Assembly: GCA_038727705.1 (NCBI GenBank)
Contig: JAVYVJ010000001.1
Span: forward strand, 543,924 to 607,923
Length of the DNA: 64,000 nucleotides
Direction of reading: 5' to 3'
DNA from: Zestosphaera sp.
GTDB lineage: Archaea > Thermoproteota > Thermoprotei_A > Sulfolobales > NBVN01
A program made the translations under genes and the position numbers. Positions 44,138-55,834 of the stretch are shown one piece after another (position 1 is the first letter of the stretch; each line of letters starts with the position of its first letter). A model generated the notes under the pieces. That model searched no databases, was not told the origin of the DNA, and saw only the letters and a program-made list of their open reading frames with translations.

Positions 44138-46234
44138 GTGCAGATCATGTATGTGGAATCCGCTATCCTGATAATCGCGTTAGTTGCGATCGTGTACGCG
44201 TTATTAATGTCCTACAGGATAGTTAGAGAGCCCAGCGGATCCGGCAAGATGATTGAGATACATGAATACATAAAGGAGGGCGCTAGAGCTTACCTTAAAA
44301 AGCAATACACAGTCATATTCGTAATAGCCGTGGTGCTGGCGGTTCTCTTGGCACTGTTCAGCTCTCTGAGAATGGCTTTCAGTTACGTCCTAGGGGCGCT
44401 CTCCTCAGTCATCGCCGGCTATGTCGGCATGAGGGTAGCTGTAGACTCTAACGTGCGCACCACCCACGCTGCTAAAGAGAATGGAATTAACAAAGCGCTC
44501 AGACTAGCGTTCAACGGCGGTCTAGTAATGGGTTTGATGACTGTAGGAATTGGACTACTACTGATAGTTATTCAGTACGTGATTTACGGCGAGGGTGTTG
44601 AAGCAATAAATGACATAATAGGTTACAGCTTCGGTGCTTCGTCAGTCGCTCTCTTCGCAAGAGTGGGCGGCGGGATCTACACTAAGGCTGCTGACATAGG
44701 GTCCGACCTAGTCGGTAAAGTTGAGGTTGGTATACCGGAGGACGACCCCAGGAACCCCGGGGTCATAGCCGATAATGTGGGCGATAATGTGGGCGATGTG
44801 GCAGGGATGGGCGCTGATTTATTTGAGTCGTACGTAGGTGCTATAATCTCAACGATGATCATAGCATCCACCCAACTGAGGGGTTTCGCGACTTACTCAT
44901 GGGGTAGCTTCGCTCTAATCCCCTTGCTCGTTGCTGCTGCAGGAATTGTGGCCTCTATATTGTCGTCCTTCGTTGTACGTACTAAGGAGGGAGGCGATCC
45001 TTCGAAGTCACTAACTTCGGCCACCGTAGTTGCCTCCATCCTGATAGCTATTACATCGGGCTTCGCGGTGACGCAGTTGATAGGAGGTGAGCTAGGGCTC
45101 AGAATCTGGGTCGTCATAGTCGCCGGGTTAGTGGCAGGGGTTACGATAGGGTTGACGAGCGATTACTTTACTAATGCTAGATACTCCCCCGTCAGGAAAG
45201 TCGCTAGGATGTCTGAAGCCGGCCCGGCCTTAACCATCCTAACAGGTTTTGCTTACGGTCTACTAAGTGCATTCATACCAGCACTTATGATCTCCGTCGC
45301 CTCACTGATATCGTTTTTGATTCTATGGCTGTACACGCAAGAGTTCTGGCTTGGCATCTACGGGGTTGCCCTATCCGCTGTGGGCATGCTGTCCTTGACG
45401 GGGGTTGTCGTAAGTGCTGACGCGTACGGCCCTATAACTGACAATGCCGCGGGGATAGCCGAGCAAGCGGGACTGGGCGAGGAGGTGCGTTCTATAACAG
45501 ACAAACTCGACGCCGCTGGAAACACCATGAAGTCAGTGAGTAAGGGATTTGCCATAGGCTCAGCCGCCCTAACTGCCTTAGCCTTCATAGGCGCATACGC
45601 CTCTGTACTCCAACACCACACAGGCGTGAAGTTAACTGAGCTCTTCCAGCGGCTGACAATCCTAGACGCCGGCCTAATTTCAGGCATGTTCATAGGGGTG
45701 GTGATGCCTGCTGTATTCACTTCGATAGTAATTCTCGCGGTCAGTGACTCAGCCTTCGTCCTTATAGAAGAGATTAGGAGACAATTTAGAGAAAAGCCGG
45801 GGATACTTGAGTTTAAGGACAGGCCCGATTATGGGAGGGCTGTAGCTATAGTGACGACCTACGCTATAAAGAGGTTAGTTCTGCCGGGCATAATAGCTAT
45901 CGTAACCCCGCTCGCCGTCGGCTTAATTCTAGGACCTTATGGCCTGGCCGGCATGTTGCTCGCCGCTACGATCTCAGGCCTGTTACTGGGGCTATTCCAA
46001 GGCAACGTTGGAAACACGTGGGATAACGCCAAGAAATTCATAGAAGCCGGGTCTCACGGCGGTAAAGGAAGCGAGGCCCATAAAGCGGCGGTCATAGGAG
46101 ATACTGTAGGTGATCCCATGAAGGACGCGGCAGGCCCTTCCATAAACATCCTGATAAAGTTAATGAGCATAGTCTCCCTAGTCTTCGCCTACTATATAGC
46201 CACCTACAACTTATACGTATTCCTCGTCCGCTAA
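44138..46234 (+). CDS. hppA: membrane-bound H+-translocating pyrophosphatase
   Basis: 698 aa, polytopic, with signature segments [37 protein letters not shown] and DTVGDPMKD. Confidence 0.93.
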   Translation: MQIMYVESAILIIALVAIVYALLMSYRIVREPSGSGKMIEIHEYIKEGARAYLKKQYTVIFVIAVVLAVLLALFSSLRMAFSYVLGALSSVIAGYVGMRVAVDSNVRTTHAAKENGINKALRLAFNGGLVMGLMTVGIGLLLIVIQYVIYGEGVEAINDIIGYSFGASSVALFARVGGGIYTKAADIGSDLVGKVEVGIPEDDPRNPGVIADNVGDNVGDVAGMGADLFESYVGAIISTMIIASTQLRGFATYSWGSFALIPLLVAAAGIVASILSSFVVRTKEGGDPSKSLTSATVVASILIAITSGFAVTQLIGGELGLRIWVVIVAGLVAGVTIGLTSDYFTNARYSPVRKVARMSEAGPALTILTGFAYGLLSAFIPALMISVASLISFLILWLYTQEFWLGIYGVALSAVGMLSLTGVVVSADAYGPITDNAAGIAEQAGLGEEVRSITDKLDAAGNTMKSVSKGFAIGSAALTALAFIGAYASVLQHHTGVKLTELFQRLTILDAGLISGMFIGVVMPAVFTSIVILAVSDSAFVLIEEIRRQFREKPGILEFKDRPDYGRAVAIVTTYAIKRLVLPGIIAIVTPLAVGLILGPYGLAGMLLAATISGLLLGLFQGNVGNTWDNAKKFIEAGSHGGKGSEAHKAAVIGDTVGDPMKDAAGPSINILIKLMSIVSLVFAYYIATYNLYVFLVR

Positions 46235-46236
46235 AC

Positions 46237-46779
46237 TCAGATATCTAAACCCTTGATGTTTGCAAAGCCTTTTTTGAAGTAATGCCTGACCTCTCTAACC
46301 TCCGTCACTAGATCGGCGATCTCCCTTAACGTTTTCGGCACATATCGCCCGGTAACTATGGCGTGCCTTTCGGTGTTACTCACAAAGTTTCTCAATATTC
46401 TGATAGCTAAGCTCTCGTCAATCAAACCCATGTGCACAGCCAGACCTAGTTCATCAAAAACTACCAGCTTGGGCTTTAACCTGCGTGTAAGGGACGGATA
46501 TACATGCACTAGGAATCCGTAACTCAGCGCCATATTAAGTGATGCAGCATAGCTACTGAGATCCTCCGGATTAACGAATCCCTCGCAACCTAGCCTCATC
46601 ACGTAGATCTGCTTCCTAAGCATGCGAGACAACTTATTTATGAACACGTACTCGCCACTGACTTCACCCTTCATGAACTGCAGTACGAGGACCTTCCAAC
46701 CCCAACCTAACGCACGTAATGCAGTGCCAATTGCAGCCGTAGTTTTGCCCTTACCTTTGCCGTAATACACTAATAACAT
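46237..46779 (-). CDS. cobA: CobA/BtuR-type ATP:cob(I)alamin adenosyltransferase
   Basis: 180 aa with a P-loop (YYGKGKGKTTAAIG), VLVLQFMKG and VVFDELG. Confidence 0.78.
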   Translation of the reverse strand: MLLVYYGKGKGKTTAAIGTALRALGWGWKVLVLQFMKGEVSGEYVFINKLSRMLRKQIYVMRLGCEGFVNPEDLSSYAASLNMALSYGFLVHVYPSLTRRLKPKLVVFDELGLAVHMGLIDESLAIRILRNFVSNTERHAIVTGRYVPKTLREIADLVTEVREVRHYFKKGFANIKGLDI

Positions 46780-46789
46780 ATAGCATACC

Positions 46790-48481
46790 TCACGAACCGG
46801 TTCTTAAGCTCTGCAACGCCTCAAGTATTAGATTAAAGTCGCTTTCCTTGATGCTGATGCCGAGCTCTGCAGACATGAACTTTCTTAAGTCGTTGTCGCT
46901 GATCCCGCACGACGAGTACAGAGCCCCTACAGCTAAGGCCGTGGGGGTCCAAGGCTCTCTGCTGAATAACTTCCTCAGTTCTTCGCGGAGTCTAGGTTCC
47001 TTAGACACCCTGAGTATGTGTTGCGTGGAAGGAAATCCCGAGTTCTCAGCTACCTCCATGCACTTCACACGCTTCCTTACGCTGGTGTAGATCCTCTGAC
47101 GCAGCATGGCCAGCGAGCCACGGGCTCTGAAATACTCAAGCTCCGACACATAACTTATGTAGTGCTTCATCGCTGACTTATTTCGCGGTTCATACGTCAG
47201 CACAGTCTTAAGGGCCGTGAGGGCGATGAGCAATGCGTTACTTGCGCTGAACTTGTCTATCATGTCAAGACTTGTGTGATAGAACCTGTCAGGCCAGTTA
47301 GTCAGGGAGACTGCGGGAATCCCGAATACGATGTACGAGTCATGATCGCTACCCGCCACATAGCATCTACTGTCAAACCTTAATGATGGTTTAATTTCGT
47401 TAAGGGCTGGTAATCCCCAACCTCTGTTTACTTCTACGTAGAAATTCCTGAAAGCATGGGCCTCAAACCCGCTCGCCAGTAATGCAGGCGAACGTATGAA
47501 ATTCAAAACAGAGCCTGTAAGCGATTGCTTCTCACCCACCATATCCAAGTTTAACGCGCCCTCTATTTTAACTCCCTCCTTAAGCAGCTTCCTAACTAAA
47601 GCAAGCGACCCGTAATGCTCAGGTATCCATACAAACCTGACCCTCATCCCTCCCAACTCACATCCCGTTCTCTTAATAGACCTACCGAGGGCTCTGGCTA
47701 TACATAAGAGTGCGGCAGCACCGCTCACATTATCGTTGATAGTCCCCTTTGGGTGACAGTAGTGCGCTGTTAGATGAACCTCCTTTTCACCATCGCCAAA
47801 CTCAGCGGATATTACTTTAATATCCCTTGGGTCGGTGTAGCTTGCCTTGACGAAGCCTTCGACTTGAACCCTCTCCCCTTTGAGGATGCTCCACCTCATC
47901 ATCTCCGCATCTCTTCGTGATATGCACAGCACTGGAGACTTCATCTTAGGCAACTCCGAAGGCGTCGGAAAGAGACTCACGTAGGGTACGCCGTCGAGTA
48001 CCGCATCCCTCCTGTAAATGAGGACAGCCTTAACCCCTTTTTCAACCAGTCTCAGGTACATGCTTAGACTTCTGTTGCTCGTCAAAACCACCTCAGCGTC
48101 GCTTGGTATAGACTCCTCGTTCTCGACGTAACTCACACGCCCAGCGAACTCACCGCCCGGTGAATGTGCTGCAACGGCGGTCCATGCCCTCCTCACTGAA
48201 GAGACGGTTTTCTGATACGGGTATGTAACACGGACTTCACCATCACGGAGATCCCAACCGACGAGAGGACTTATCCATTTCTGAGGACTTGCATAGCTAA
48301 ATGTGTGTACGGAAACTCCAACACCCCTGTCCTCCAGAGATGCTCTTATGAAGTCAGCACTCCGCAATATCTCCCTTGAGCCCTGTATCCTATGGTACGA
48401 TGAGAGATCTAAAGCCAATCTGGTTAACTCTAGGTGATCTGAAATGCTTTTGACCTCATTAAATAGTTGAGTCAAGCTCAT
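46790..48481 (-). CDS. M28-family peptidase-like protein (aminopeptidase-like domain)
   Basis: 563 aa. The central HYCHPKGTINDNVSGAAALL resembles the M28 metal-binding D-N-x-S-G region. Confidence 0.5.
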   Translation of the reverse strand: MSLTQLFNEVKSISDHLELTRLALDLSSYHRIQGSREILRSADFIRASLEDRGVGVSVHTFSYASPQKWISPLVGWDLRDGEVRVTYPYQKTVSSVRRAWTAVAAHSPGGEFAGRVSYVENEESIPSDAEVVLTSNRSLSMYLRLVEKGVKAVLIYRRDAVLDGVPYVSLFPTPSELPKMKSPVLCISRRDAEMMRWSILKGERVQVEGFVKASYTDPRDIKVISAEFGDGEKEVHLTAHYCHPKGTINDNVSGAAALLCIARALGRSIKRTGCELGGMRVRFVWIPEHYGSLALVRKLLKEGVKIEGALNLDMVGEKQSLTGSVLNFIRSPALLASGFEAHAFRNFYVEVNRGWGLPALNEIKPSLRFDSRCYVAGSDHDSYIVFGIPAVSLTNWPDRFYHTSLDMIDKFSASNALLIALTALKTVLTYEPRNKSAMKHYISYVSELEYFRARGSLAMLRQRIYTSVRKRVKCMEVAENSGFPSTQHILRVSKEPRLREELRKLFSREPWTPTALAVGALYSSCGISDNDLRKFMSAELGISIKESDFNLILEALQSLRTGS

Positions 48482-48708
48482 GTTCCAATACCCAATCTCT
48501 TCATAAAGTCGAAGACAGTCAGTGAGACCACTTTACCCCCTTTAATCCTCGCCACGACGTTGCTTTCCGTTAACACTGCCTCATCAGCGTCTTCTATATC
48601 GTAGCCAAAGTTTATGTAGAGAATATCAGTTTGCCTATCGTACTCAAACCACACGTTATTGATATCTCCGATTAGTAGCTCATTTCCTTCAAATTTCGCG
48701 TCACTCAT
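48478..48708 (-). CDS. DUF2283-family small protein
   Basis: The preferred start is ATG at 48708 (MSDAKFEGNELLIGDINNVWFEYDRQTDILYINFG...). The upstream 60 codons of the track ORF (to 48888) are low-complexity Ser-rich and probably untranslated. Confidence 0.55.
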   Translation of the reverse strand: MSDAKFEGNELLIGDINNVWFEYDRQTDILYINFGYDIEDADEAVLTESNVVARIKGGKVVSLTVFDFMKRLGIGT

Positions 48709-48948
48709 GATAACACCATATAATCTAAGTAGGAGCGAAATTATAAAAAGTCTTCCATGACTATATCTCCCTAGTGATGTAGATATGGATGGATTAAGCT
48801 CTTCAATAATGAAGTGTGAGGAGCTCTGTACCGACTTCTGTAACATGAAGAAGGATGAAGAGCTAGAGCTCTGCATGAATTCATGCATGAAGTACTGTCT
48901 TTCCTCTAAGACCGATTAAGTATCAAAGCCGCAAGCCCTAAGCCATCT

Positions 48949-50199
48949 TCACGTGCCGTATTTCCAAGCAGAAATGTAGCGGATCTGCTCCTCCGTCAAC
49001 TTGTCTATCTCTACATTCATCGAACGCAGCTTATATTGGGCTATCTCCTCATCTATCTCCCTCGGAAGGACGTAAACACGCTTCTCTAAGGCAGATCTGT
49101 TCCTGACTATATACTTCGTAGCCAACGCTTGGTTTGCGAAGCTCATGTCCATCACCTCGCTCGGATGTCCCTCGGCCGACACTAGATTCACTAATCTCCC
49201 CTCACCTATTAGATACAGCTTCCTCCCGTCAGGTAACGTATATTCCTCCAGATTAGGTCTCACGGACCTCTTACGGAGTGAAATCCTCTCCAGATCCTCA
49301 ACGCACACCTCCACGTTGAAATGCCCTGCGTTAGCCAGCACTGCACCGTCCTTCATCAACCTGAAGTGTTCCTCCCTTATAACTCCCTTATTTCCTGTAG
49401 CAGTCACGAACACGTCCCCTACTGCAGACGCCTTACCCATGCTCATTACTTCAAAGCCATCCATCACCGCCTCCAGGGCCCTCACAGGATCCACCTCAGT
49501 CACAACTACTCTAGCGCCCATGCCGCGCGCCCTCATAGCTATGCCTCTACCAACCCACCCATATCCAGCCACCACGAATACCTTGCCGGCCAGAAGCAGG
49601 TTCGTGGCTCTCAAGACGCCGTCTATAACGGATTGGCCAGTACCATATCTATTGTCAAACATGAATTTAGTTAGCGAGTCGTTAACCGCTATCACGGGAT
49701 ATAGGAGCCCTCCCTCCCTCTCAAGGGATCTCAACCTATTGACACCTGTGGTGGTTTCCTCGGTTCCACCCCAAACTCTTGAACCTGCGTCTCTGAGAAC
49801 TCCATGCAAGTACGCGTGAAGATCAGCACCATCATCTATTACTACGTCAGGGTTAGACGACGCCGCCTGAGCGATACACTCATAGTACTCGTGTTGGGTC
49901 TGACCTCTCCATGCAAACACATGAATGCCCTCGCTGGCTAGCGCGGCAGCCACCGAGTCTTGCGTGGAGAGGGGATTGCTCCCTGCCAACCAGACCTCAG
50001 CACCCCCCTCCGTTAGAGTCCTGACCAACACAGCAGTTTCCTTAGTTACGTGGAGGACTGCTGCAACTCTGACTCCTGCCAATGGCTTCTCTTTATAGAA
50101 TTCATCTCTAATCCTCATCAGGACGGGCATATGTCTCTCCGCCCATTCAATCTCTTTGAAACCAGCATCTCTCAAATCAATGTCGGCTACCCTGTACAT
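48949..50199 (-). CDS. ahcY: S-adenosyl-L-homocysteine hydrolase
   Basis: 416 aa carrying [22 protein letters not shown], an NAD-binding motif ([10 protein letters not shown]) and GHFNVE. Confidence 0.93.
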   Translation of the reverse strand: MYRVADIDLRDAGFKEIEWAERHMPVLMRIRDEFYKEKPLAGVRVAAVLHVTKETAVLVRTLTEGGAEVWLAGSNPLSTQDSVAAALASEGIHVFAWRGQTQHEYYECIAQAASSNPDVVIDDGADLHAYLHGVLRDAGSRVWGGTEETTTGVNRLRSLEREGGLLYPVIAVNDSLTKFMFDNRYGTGQSVIDGVLRATNLLLAGKVFVVAGYGWVGRGIAMRARGMGARVVVTEVDPVRALEAVMDGFEVMSMGKASAVGDVFVTATGNKGVIREEHFRLMKDGAVLANAGHFNVEVCVEDLERISLRKRSVRPNLEEYTLPDGRKLYLIGEGRLVNLVSAEGHPSEVMDMSFANQALATKYIVRNRSALEKRVYVLPREIDEEIAQYKLRSMNVEIDKLTEEQIRYISAWKYGT

Positions 50200-50412
50200 T
50201 CACCAACTCACCTCCTGCTATAGGAGGTTTTACGATCAAAAATACTTTGCTGAGGGGCTTCATAACGCTTCAGACCATTTGTTAGTTTCTTGTAAGATCG
50301 ATTTGTAATTTTGCATAGCGGGCCGTGAGTTACTGACGTAGGTTGGACGCATTAAAACTGTTTTTAACGTATGTCTTAAATTTTAAGTTGATGAAGGTGG
50401 TGTTCAATAGTT

Positions 50413-51912
50413 GTGGACGTACTCAAAAGGCAGAAAGTCGGGAAATCCGCACACAGACTTTTAAGCGCCCTGGTCGTGATTGCTTTCCTGCTTGCTTACG
50501 GCTATCTAACGTACACTTACGCCTCAGGCATAGAGGACTACATATCCGATGAGTGCTGGTATGTAAGTGCGGCAAGAAATACGATAATTAAGTACTTAGG
50601 GGTGAGCCCAGACAGAGCTCAGCGCGGCATGACAATCGTGACTGTGGAACTGTATAATCCATTGAGTGAGTACGAGTATTTGAAAATAGTTAGTAGGGTT
50701 AAGGGATTTATAGAAAATGATTTAGGTGGTAGGATAATTAAGGGTGAGGAGTACTACAAGTTCAGCTCGGACGGGAAGTTCCTGCCAGCCTTGTGTGTGG
50801 AGGTTAATCAATCCCTCATAGCAAGTCTGCTCAGTTATTCTGGTGTTAAGCAGGTAATCAGGGGGTATTGCTATCCCAATGCTGAGGGAGTGTTTAGCTA
50901 TATGAACTTAGAGCACCCGCCCCTAGTTAAGTACTTTATAGGACTTTCCATGGTTCTTCTAGGCGACTACCCTGCCTTCTGGAGAGTGCCTTCGATCATC
51001 GCAGGCACGTTGATCCTAGTCTTCATATTCCTGTTGTTTCGAGAGGTAGTGAAAAAAGATACCTGGCTAGTGTTAGGGCTGGCCACGGCTTTAATCACGG
51101 CCTTTGACAAGACGTTCAGGTCGATGTCTATGGTGGCGATGCTCGATATATTTGTGGCTCTATTCACCACGCTGACCCTCTACTCCGTGCTAACTAATAG
51201 ACTTGGACTAACGTCGATCTTCGTGGGTCTTGGCTTCGCCAGCAAGTTCAGCGGGGCATTCCCGGCGGTTCCCGCAGTGCTCTACTGGATTAAGAGGGAG
51301 AAACCTGCTAAGGTGTTCTTACTGATTGTATACACTCCAATACTCCTCCTACTGCTTCTGGGGATTCCGTACATAGTTAGAGATGGTTTCCTCCAGTGGT
51401 GGAATGCATCAGTTGAAGGCGCCTTCAGATGGCACTTAAGCGTCAAGACGACGGAAGGTCCGCCGCAGGCTATGCCATGGGACTGGTTATTAGGCAGAAA
51501 CCCGTTCCCACTGCACTATGTGTGGGATGCAGGTAGTGGTCAGTTCATCGCCGACTTGATTGCGTCAGGTAACCCAGTCCTGTACACTCTTACAGCCGCC
51601 CTCTCCCTGATTATCCTACCCTCACTCCGCGATCTCCCTGATAAGGGGGTGACTCACGTGTTCACTTGGCTTACCTATTTAATGTATGTGGCAATGTGGT
51701 TTCTAGGAGGGAGGACTCAGTACAGCTTCTACGCTGTTCAAGTAGTTCCCCTCTTCTACACAACGCTGGTAATGATAGTTTACTACCTTACAGCATCTCC
51801 TGCCAACATTCGTGAATTAGTTAAGAGATGGCGCCGCATCCTGAACGTAATCAGCATGTGGTTAGCCGGGGAAGTCTCGGTCAGCATGAGGCTCGTTATT
51901 TCAGACGAGTAA
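50413..51912 (+). CDS. GT-C fold glycosyltransferase (family 39 / PMT-ArnT-like membrane protein)
   Basis: 499 aa, polytopic, with a LEHPPLVKYFIG loop as in dolichyl-phosphate-mannose protein mannosyltransferase-like enzymes. Confidence 0.6.
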   Translation: MDVLKRQKVGKSAHRLLSALVVIAFLLAYGYLTYTYASGIEDYISDECWYVSAARNTIIKYLGVSPDRAQRGMTIVTVELYNPLSEYEYLKIVSRVKGFIENDLGGRIIKGEEYYKFSSDGKFLPALCVEVNQSLIASLLSYSGVKQVIRGYCYPNAEGVFSYMNLEHPPLVKYFIGLSMVLLGDYPAFWRVPSIIAGTLILVFIFLLFREVVKKDTWLVLGLATALITAFDKTFRSMSMVAMLDIFVALFTTLTLYSVLTNRLGLTSIFVGLGFASKFSGAFPAVPAVLYWIKREKPAKVFLLIVYTPILLLLLLGIPYIVRDGFLQWWNASVEGAFRWHLSVKTTEGPPQAMPWDWLLGRNPFPLHYVWDAGSGQFIADLIASGNPVLYTLTAALSLIILPSLRDLPDKGVTHVFTWLTYLMYVAMWFLGGRTQYSFYAVQVVPLFYTTLVMIVYYLTASPANIRELVKRWRRILNVISMWLAGEVSVSMRLVISDE

Positions 51913-51972
51913 TTGAAGAGTGATAACGTCATTTAAAAACTCCGCTTAAGGTAATTAAGCGAGGGTTGAGGT

Positions 51973-54894
51973 GTGAGGTACGTATTCAGTTTTGAAGAGG
52001 CCGATTGGAAGGATAAAAGGACGCTGGGAGGTAAGGGCGCTTCATTAGCACAAATGACTCAATTAGGGTTGCCTGTACCTCCAGGATTCATAATAACTAC
52101 CCAAGCATGCAGAGAGTTTTTCACATGTCGCCGCGATGAGATAGAGAGCATAGTTAAGGAGCTTGAGAGGAATCCACCGCCTCACGTGAGGGATCAGTTG
52201 ATCAGGAAAATCTGGGACATCATAAGAAGCATGGAGATGCCAGAGGGCTTGATGGATCAGGTCAAGGAGTATATGAAGCAACTTGAGGAGAAGACCGGCA
52301 AGATCTTCGGCTCGCCGGAGAACCCGTTGCTGGTCTCTGTGAGATCCGGAGCCGCGGTCTCCATGCCCGGCATGATGGACACAGTTCTGAATCTAGGTAT
52401 TAACGATGACGTGGTGAAGGGTCTAGCAAGACTCACTAATAACGAATGGTTTGCCTACGACGCCTACAGAAGGTTCCTAGCCATGTTCGGTAGAATAGTC
52501 CTCGAGATTAACGAGGAACTGTTTAATCAGGTCTTCGACAAGTATGAAGAGGAATTTAAGCAGCAGACTGAGAGGCTGTACGCTAACGAGTTAGAAGCGA
52601 TTAAGGTCAAGTACCCCAAGTATACCATAAGGCTTGACGCGCAACCACCAGCAGACACGGCCCCTAATCTGTGGAGGTTCTCAGTGGAGTACCTGAAGAA
52701 GATAGTTGATGAGTATAAGAAACTAATCAAGGAGAACTGGGGTGAGTTCCCGCAGGATCCGTGGAAGCAACTAGAACTGGCCGTCAAAGCGGTCTTCAGA
52801 TCTTGGATGAATCCGCGTGCGATATTCTACAGGATGGCCAACAACATAACGCCTGAGATAGCTGATTGCACAGCTGTCAACATAGTAACTATGGTATTCG
52901 GTAATATGGGCTGGGACTCAGGCACAGGCGTCTACTTCACTCGTGACGTCGCTACAGGCGATAACAGACCCTATGGGGAGTTCCTGCCCAACGCTCAGGG
53001 CGAGGACGTGGTAGCAGGCATTAGGACGCCGCTAAGTCTTGATGAGTTGAAGGAGAGGATGCCTGCAATCTATGAGGATTTGATAAGGGCTGGCAAGACT
53101 CTTGAGAAGTTAAACAGAGACGTGATGGACATAGAGTTCACTATAGAGAAGGGCAGGCTCTACTTCCTGCAGAACAGGGTAGCTAAGATGACCCCGGTGG
53201 CCAGAGTGAAGACTGCTGTGGAGATGGCTGAGGAGGGGATAATACTGAGGGAGGAAGCGATTATGAAGGTCTCGCCGGACACTGTTCTTAGACTCCTCTA
53301 TCCGAGGGTCGACCCTAAAGCCAAAGCGGAGCCCGTGGCTAAGGGTCTACCTGCTTCGCCGGGAGCGGTCAGCGGTGAAGCGGTCTTCGACCCTGACACC
53401 GCAGTCATTAGGGCGAGGGAAGGTAAGAAAGTAATATTGGTTAGAGTCGAGACTAAGCCCGACGATGTACATGGTTTCTATGCAGCGGTAGGCATATTGA
53501 CGTCTAAGGGTGGGATGACGTCACATGCAGCGGTAGTGGCTAGAGGTATAGGGAAGCCCGCGGTCGTGGGGGCTGAGGCCATTAAAGTGGATTACGAGAG
53601 GAAGGTCTTCGAGGTTAACGGGAAGCAGGTGAGGGAGGGCGACTGGATAACTATAGATGGTAACACCGGCAACGTCTATGTGGGTAGAGTACCGACTGTA
53701 GAACCTGAGATGATATCCGAGCTAGATAGGTTGCTTAGGTGGGCTGACGAGTTTAGGAGGCTTGGCGTCAGAGCCAACGCGGACGTGCCCGAGGATGCCT
53801 TCATTGCAAGGAAGTTCGGCGCTGAAGGAATAGGCCTACTCAGGATAGAGAGGATGTTCAGAAAACCCGAAAGATTAGAAGCCTTGAGGAATGTAATACT
53901 TTCAGACACGAGGGAAGGTAGGGAGGAACACCTGAGGAAGCTTGTGGAGATGATAAAACCTGACTTCAAGGAGATGCTTAAGATAATGGACGGATTGCCT
54001 GTGGTTATAAGGCTGATAGACCCGCCGCTGCACGAGTTCCTGCCGGCTCCGGAGGAGATACTTAAGGACCTCTACGAGGTCAGAACGGCGTATCTCGAGC
54101 TCAGCACCTCTCAAGCCGCTAGAGAGCTAATGCCTACCCTGATTAAAGAACTTGAAGACAGGCTTAAGAAGCTTGAGACCCTCTACAAGAGGGTCTCAAC
54201 CCTTAAGGAGCACAACCCCATGATGGGTCACAGGGGTGTGAGGGTCGGGGTTACTTTCACTGAGATATACTACTACTTAAGCAGGGCGATGTTAGAAGCT
54301 GCAGCTGAACTGAAGAAGGAGGGCTACAAACCTGTACTAGAGATAATGATACCACAGGTAGCGCACGTCAACGAGGTTAAATTCGTCAAACAGAGAGCAG
54401 TAATACCTGCTATAAAGGATGTCGAGAGGGAGTATGGCATTGACTTAAGCGACGTTAAGATAGGTACAATGATAGAGACTGTGAGAGCGTGCTTAACAGC
54501 AGGTGAGATAGCCAAGGAGGTCGACTTCTTCAGCTTTGGAACCAATGACTTGACTCAAGGTACATTCAGTTTTAGCAGAGATGACGTCGAGAACAAGTTC
54601 ATGCCTCAATACTTGGAGTACGAGATACTACCCGAGAACCCATTCCAGACTATAGATGTTGACGGCGTCGGGAAATTAGTTGAGCTGGGCACCAAAGAAG
54701 GCAAGAAAGCCAATCCGAATCTAGAGGTAGGTATATGCGGGGAGCACGGAGGAGATCCAGCGTCCATTATGTTCCTACACAAGGCAGGCCTGGACTATGT
54801 AAGCGCTTCCCCATTCAGAATAGTTGTAGCCAGGCTTGCTGCTGCTCAAGCAACCATCTCCGAGAAGTTGGGTAGAAAGGAATCTGGAGAGTAA
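51973..54894 (+). CDS. ppdK: pyruvate, phosphate dikinase
   Basis: 973 aa with an N-terminal ATP-grasp (LGGKGASLAQM), a phosphohistidine motif (GGMTSHAAVVARG) and a C-terminal PEP-utilising TIM barrel (FFSFGTNDLTQ). Confidence 0.93.
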   Translation: MRYVFSFEEADWKDKRTLGGKGASLAQMTQLGLPVPPGFIITTQACREFFTCRRDEIESIVKELERNPPPHVRDQLIRKIWDIIRSMEMPEGLMDQVKEYMKQLEEKTGKIFGSPENPLLVSVRSGAAVSMPGMMDTVLNLGINDDVVKGLARLTNNEWFAYDAYRRFLAMFGRIVLEINEELFNQVFDKYEEEFKQQTERLYANELEAIKVKYPKYTIRLDAQPPADTAPNLWRFSVEYLKKIVDEYKKLIKENWGEFPQDPWKQLELAVKAVFRSWMNPRAIFYRMANNITPEIADCTAVNIVTMVFGNMGWDSGTGVYFTRDVATGDNRPYGEFLPNAQGEDVVAGIRTPLSLDELKERMPAIYEDLIRAGKTLEKLNRDVMDIEFTIEKGRLYFLQNRVAKMTPVARVKTAVEMAEEGIILREEAIMKVSPDTVLRLLYPRVDPKAKAEPVAKGLPASPGAVSGEAVFDPDTAVIRAREGKKVILVRVETKPDDVHGFYAAVGILTSKGGMTSHAAVVARGIGKPAVVGAEAIKVDYERKVFEVNGKQVREGDWITIDGNTGNVYVGRVPTVEPEMISELDRLLRWADEFRRLGVRANADVPEDAFIARKFGAEGIGLLRIERMFRKPERLEALRNVILSDTREGREEHLRKLVEMIKPDFKEMLKIMDGLPVVIRLIDPPLHEFLPAPEEILKDLYEVRTAYLELSTSQAARELMPTLIKELEDRLKKLETLYKRVSTLKEHNPMMGHRGVRVGVTFTEIYYYLSRAMLEAAAELKKEGYKPVLEIMIPQVAHVNEVKFVKQRAVIPAIKDVEREYGIDLSDVKIGTMIETVRACLTAGEIAKEVDFFSFGTNDLTQGTFSFSRDDVENKFMPQYLEYEILPENPFQTIDVDGVGKLVELGTKEGKKANPNLEVGICGEHGGDPASIMFLHKAGLDYVSASPFRIVVARLAAAQATISEKLGRKESGE

Positions 54895-54948
54895 CACCCG
54901 CAGAACTTATTGTGTAACATTTCAGGTAAAACTAAAACTTAAACCTCC

Positions 54949-55293
54949 TTAGCACACTTTAGTACCCGGTTTAACGGGTTTCTCAACCGTTAGTATAACT
55001 GGAATCTCCCCTTCACCGCAGCCTGCCGCCAGCAACATGCCGTGGGACTCGAAACCCATCATTTTTCTCGGCTTGAGGTTGGTAACAACCACTACGTTCT
55101 TACCAACCAAATCTTCAGGTCTATACCATTCAGCGAGGCCTGCTACGAGTTGCCTCCTTCCCTTCTCGCCTAAGTCAACAACTAACCGGATCAGTCTCTT
55201 GGAGCCCGCGATCCTCTCCGCACTCTCCACTAGACCTATTCTTAGGTCTAGCTTCTGAAAATCCGAGATATCCACATATTCTGAGGAGCTCAT
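54949..55293 (-). CDS. tRNA-binding domain protein (CsaA/Trbp111-like)
   Basis: 114 aa with an OB-fold pattern (DLRIGLVESAERI...VVVTNLKPRKMMGFESHGMLLAA). Confidence 0.8.
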   Translation of the reverse strand: MSSSEYVDISDFQKLDLRIGLVESAERIAGSKRLIRLVVDLGEKGRRQLVAGLAEWYRPEDLVGKNVVVVTNLKPRKMMGFESHGMLLAAGCGEGEIPVILTVEKPVKPGTKVC

Positions 55294-55419
55294 TATTTCA
55301 CCACATCTTAAATCACGTTGCTGAGTTTATAACCAGGAACCTTAGCAATTTTGAGTTTCATGGAACTTTAAAGAGTCTTGCAGGACGATGTTGCCTGTTG
55401 TGAAGCCCCTAACCCCGAA

Positions 55420-55827
55420 CTACCTCCCAACGTCTTCCTCTTCGATAGGTCTGAATTTAACAACGTATGGAATCCCGCCGTCAATAGTCTTGGCAGTCCT
55501 TCTTACCGTAGCCACCACCTTCATGCCGATCCTCACTTCCTCAGGCCTGACCTCCACGATCTCGGAAAGCACTTTAGCGTCTCCTAACTTGATTAAAGCT
55601 ATTATAAGGGGTGCGAATTCCTCGAACCCCTTAGCCGGCACCTGAATGATTGTGTAGGTCAGCACCTCACCCTCGCGTGGCAGGTTCTCACGTACCACTC
55701 TCTCTGAGCCGCACTTAGGGCACCTTGCCTTAGGAGGATAGACAACGTAGCCGCATTCTAAACATTTAGTGGCTATTATGTTGAGTAGCACATCCTTTAT
55801 CCTCCAAACCCTCTGAATCGTTGTCAC
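55420..55827 (-). CDS. DUF35 OB-fold/zinc-ribbon protein (thiolase-associated scaffold)
   Basis: 135 aa with a C4 ribbon (CLECGY...CPKCG) followed by an OB fold. It is downstream of the thiolase in the same operon. Confidence 0.8.
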   Translation of the reverse strand: MTTIQRVWRIKDVLLNIIATKCLECGYVVYPPKARCPKCGSERVVRENLPREGEVLTYTIIQVPAKGFEEFAPLIIALIKLGDAKVLSEIVEVRPEEVRIGMKVVATVRRTAKTIDGGIPYVVKFRPIEEEDVGR

Positions 55828-55834
55828 CGAGTAC

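Noticed and set aside
50343-50552. 69-aa ORF overlapping the start of the GT-C glycosyltransferase
   Set aside because: It is an alternative frame of the promoter and 5' region, basic and low-complexity. The 499-aa membrane protein frame is the credible one.
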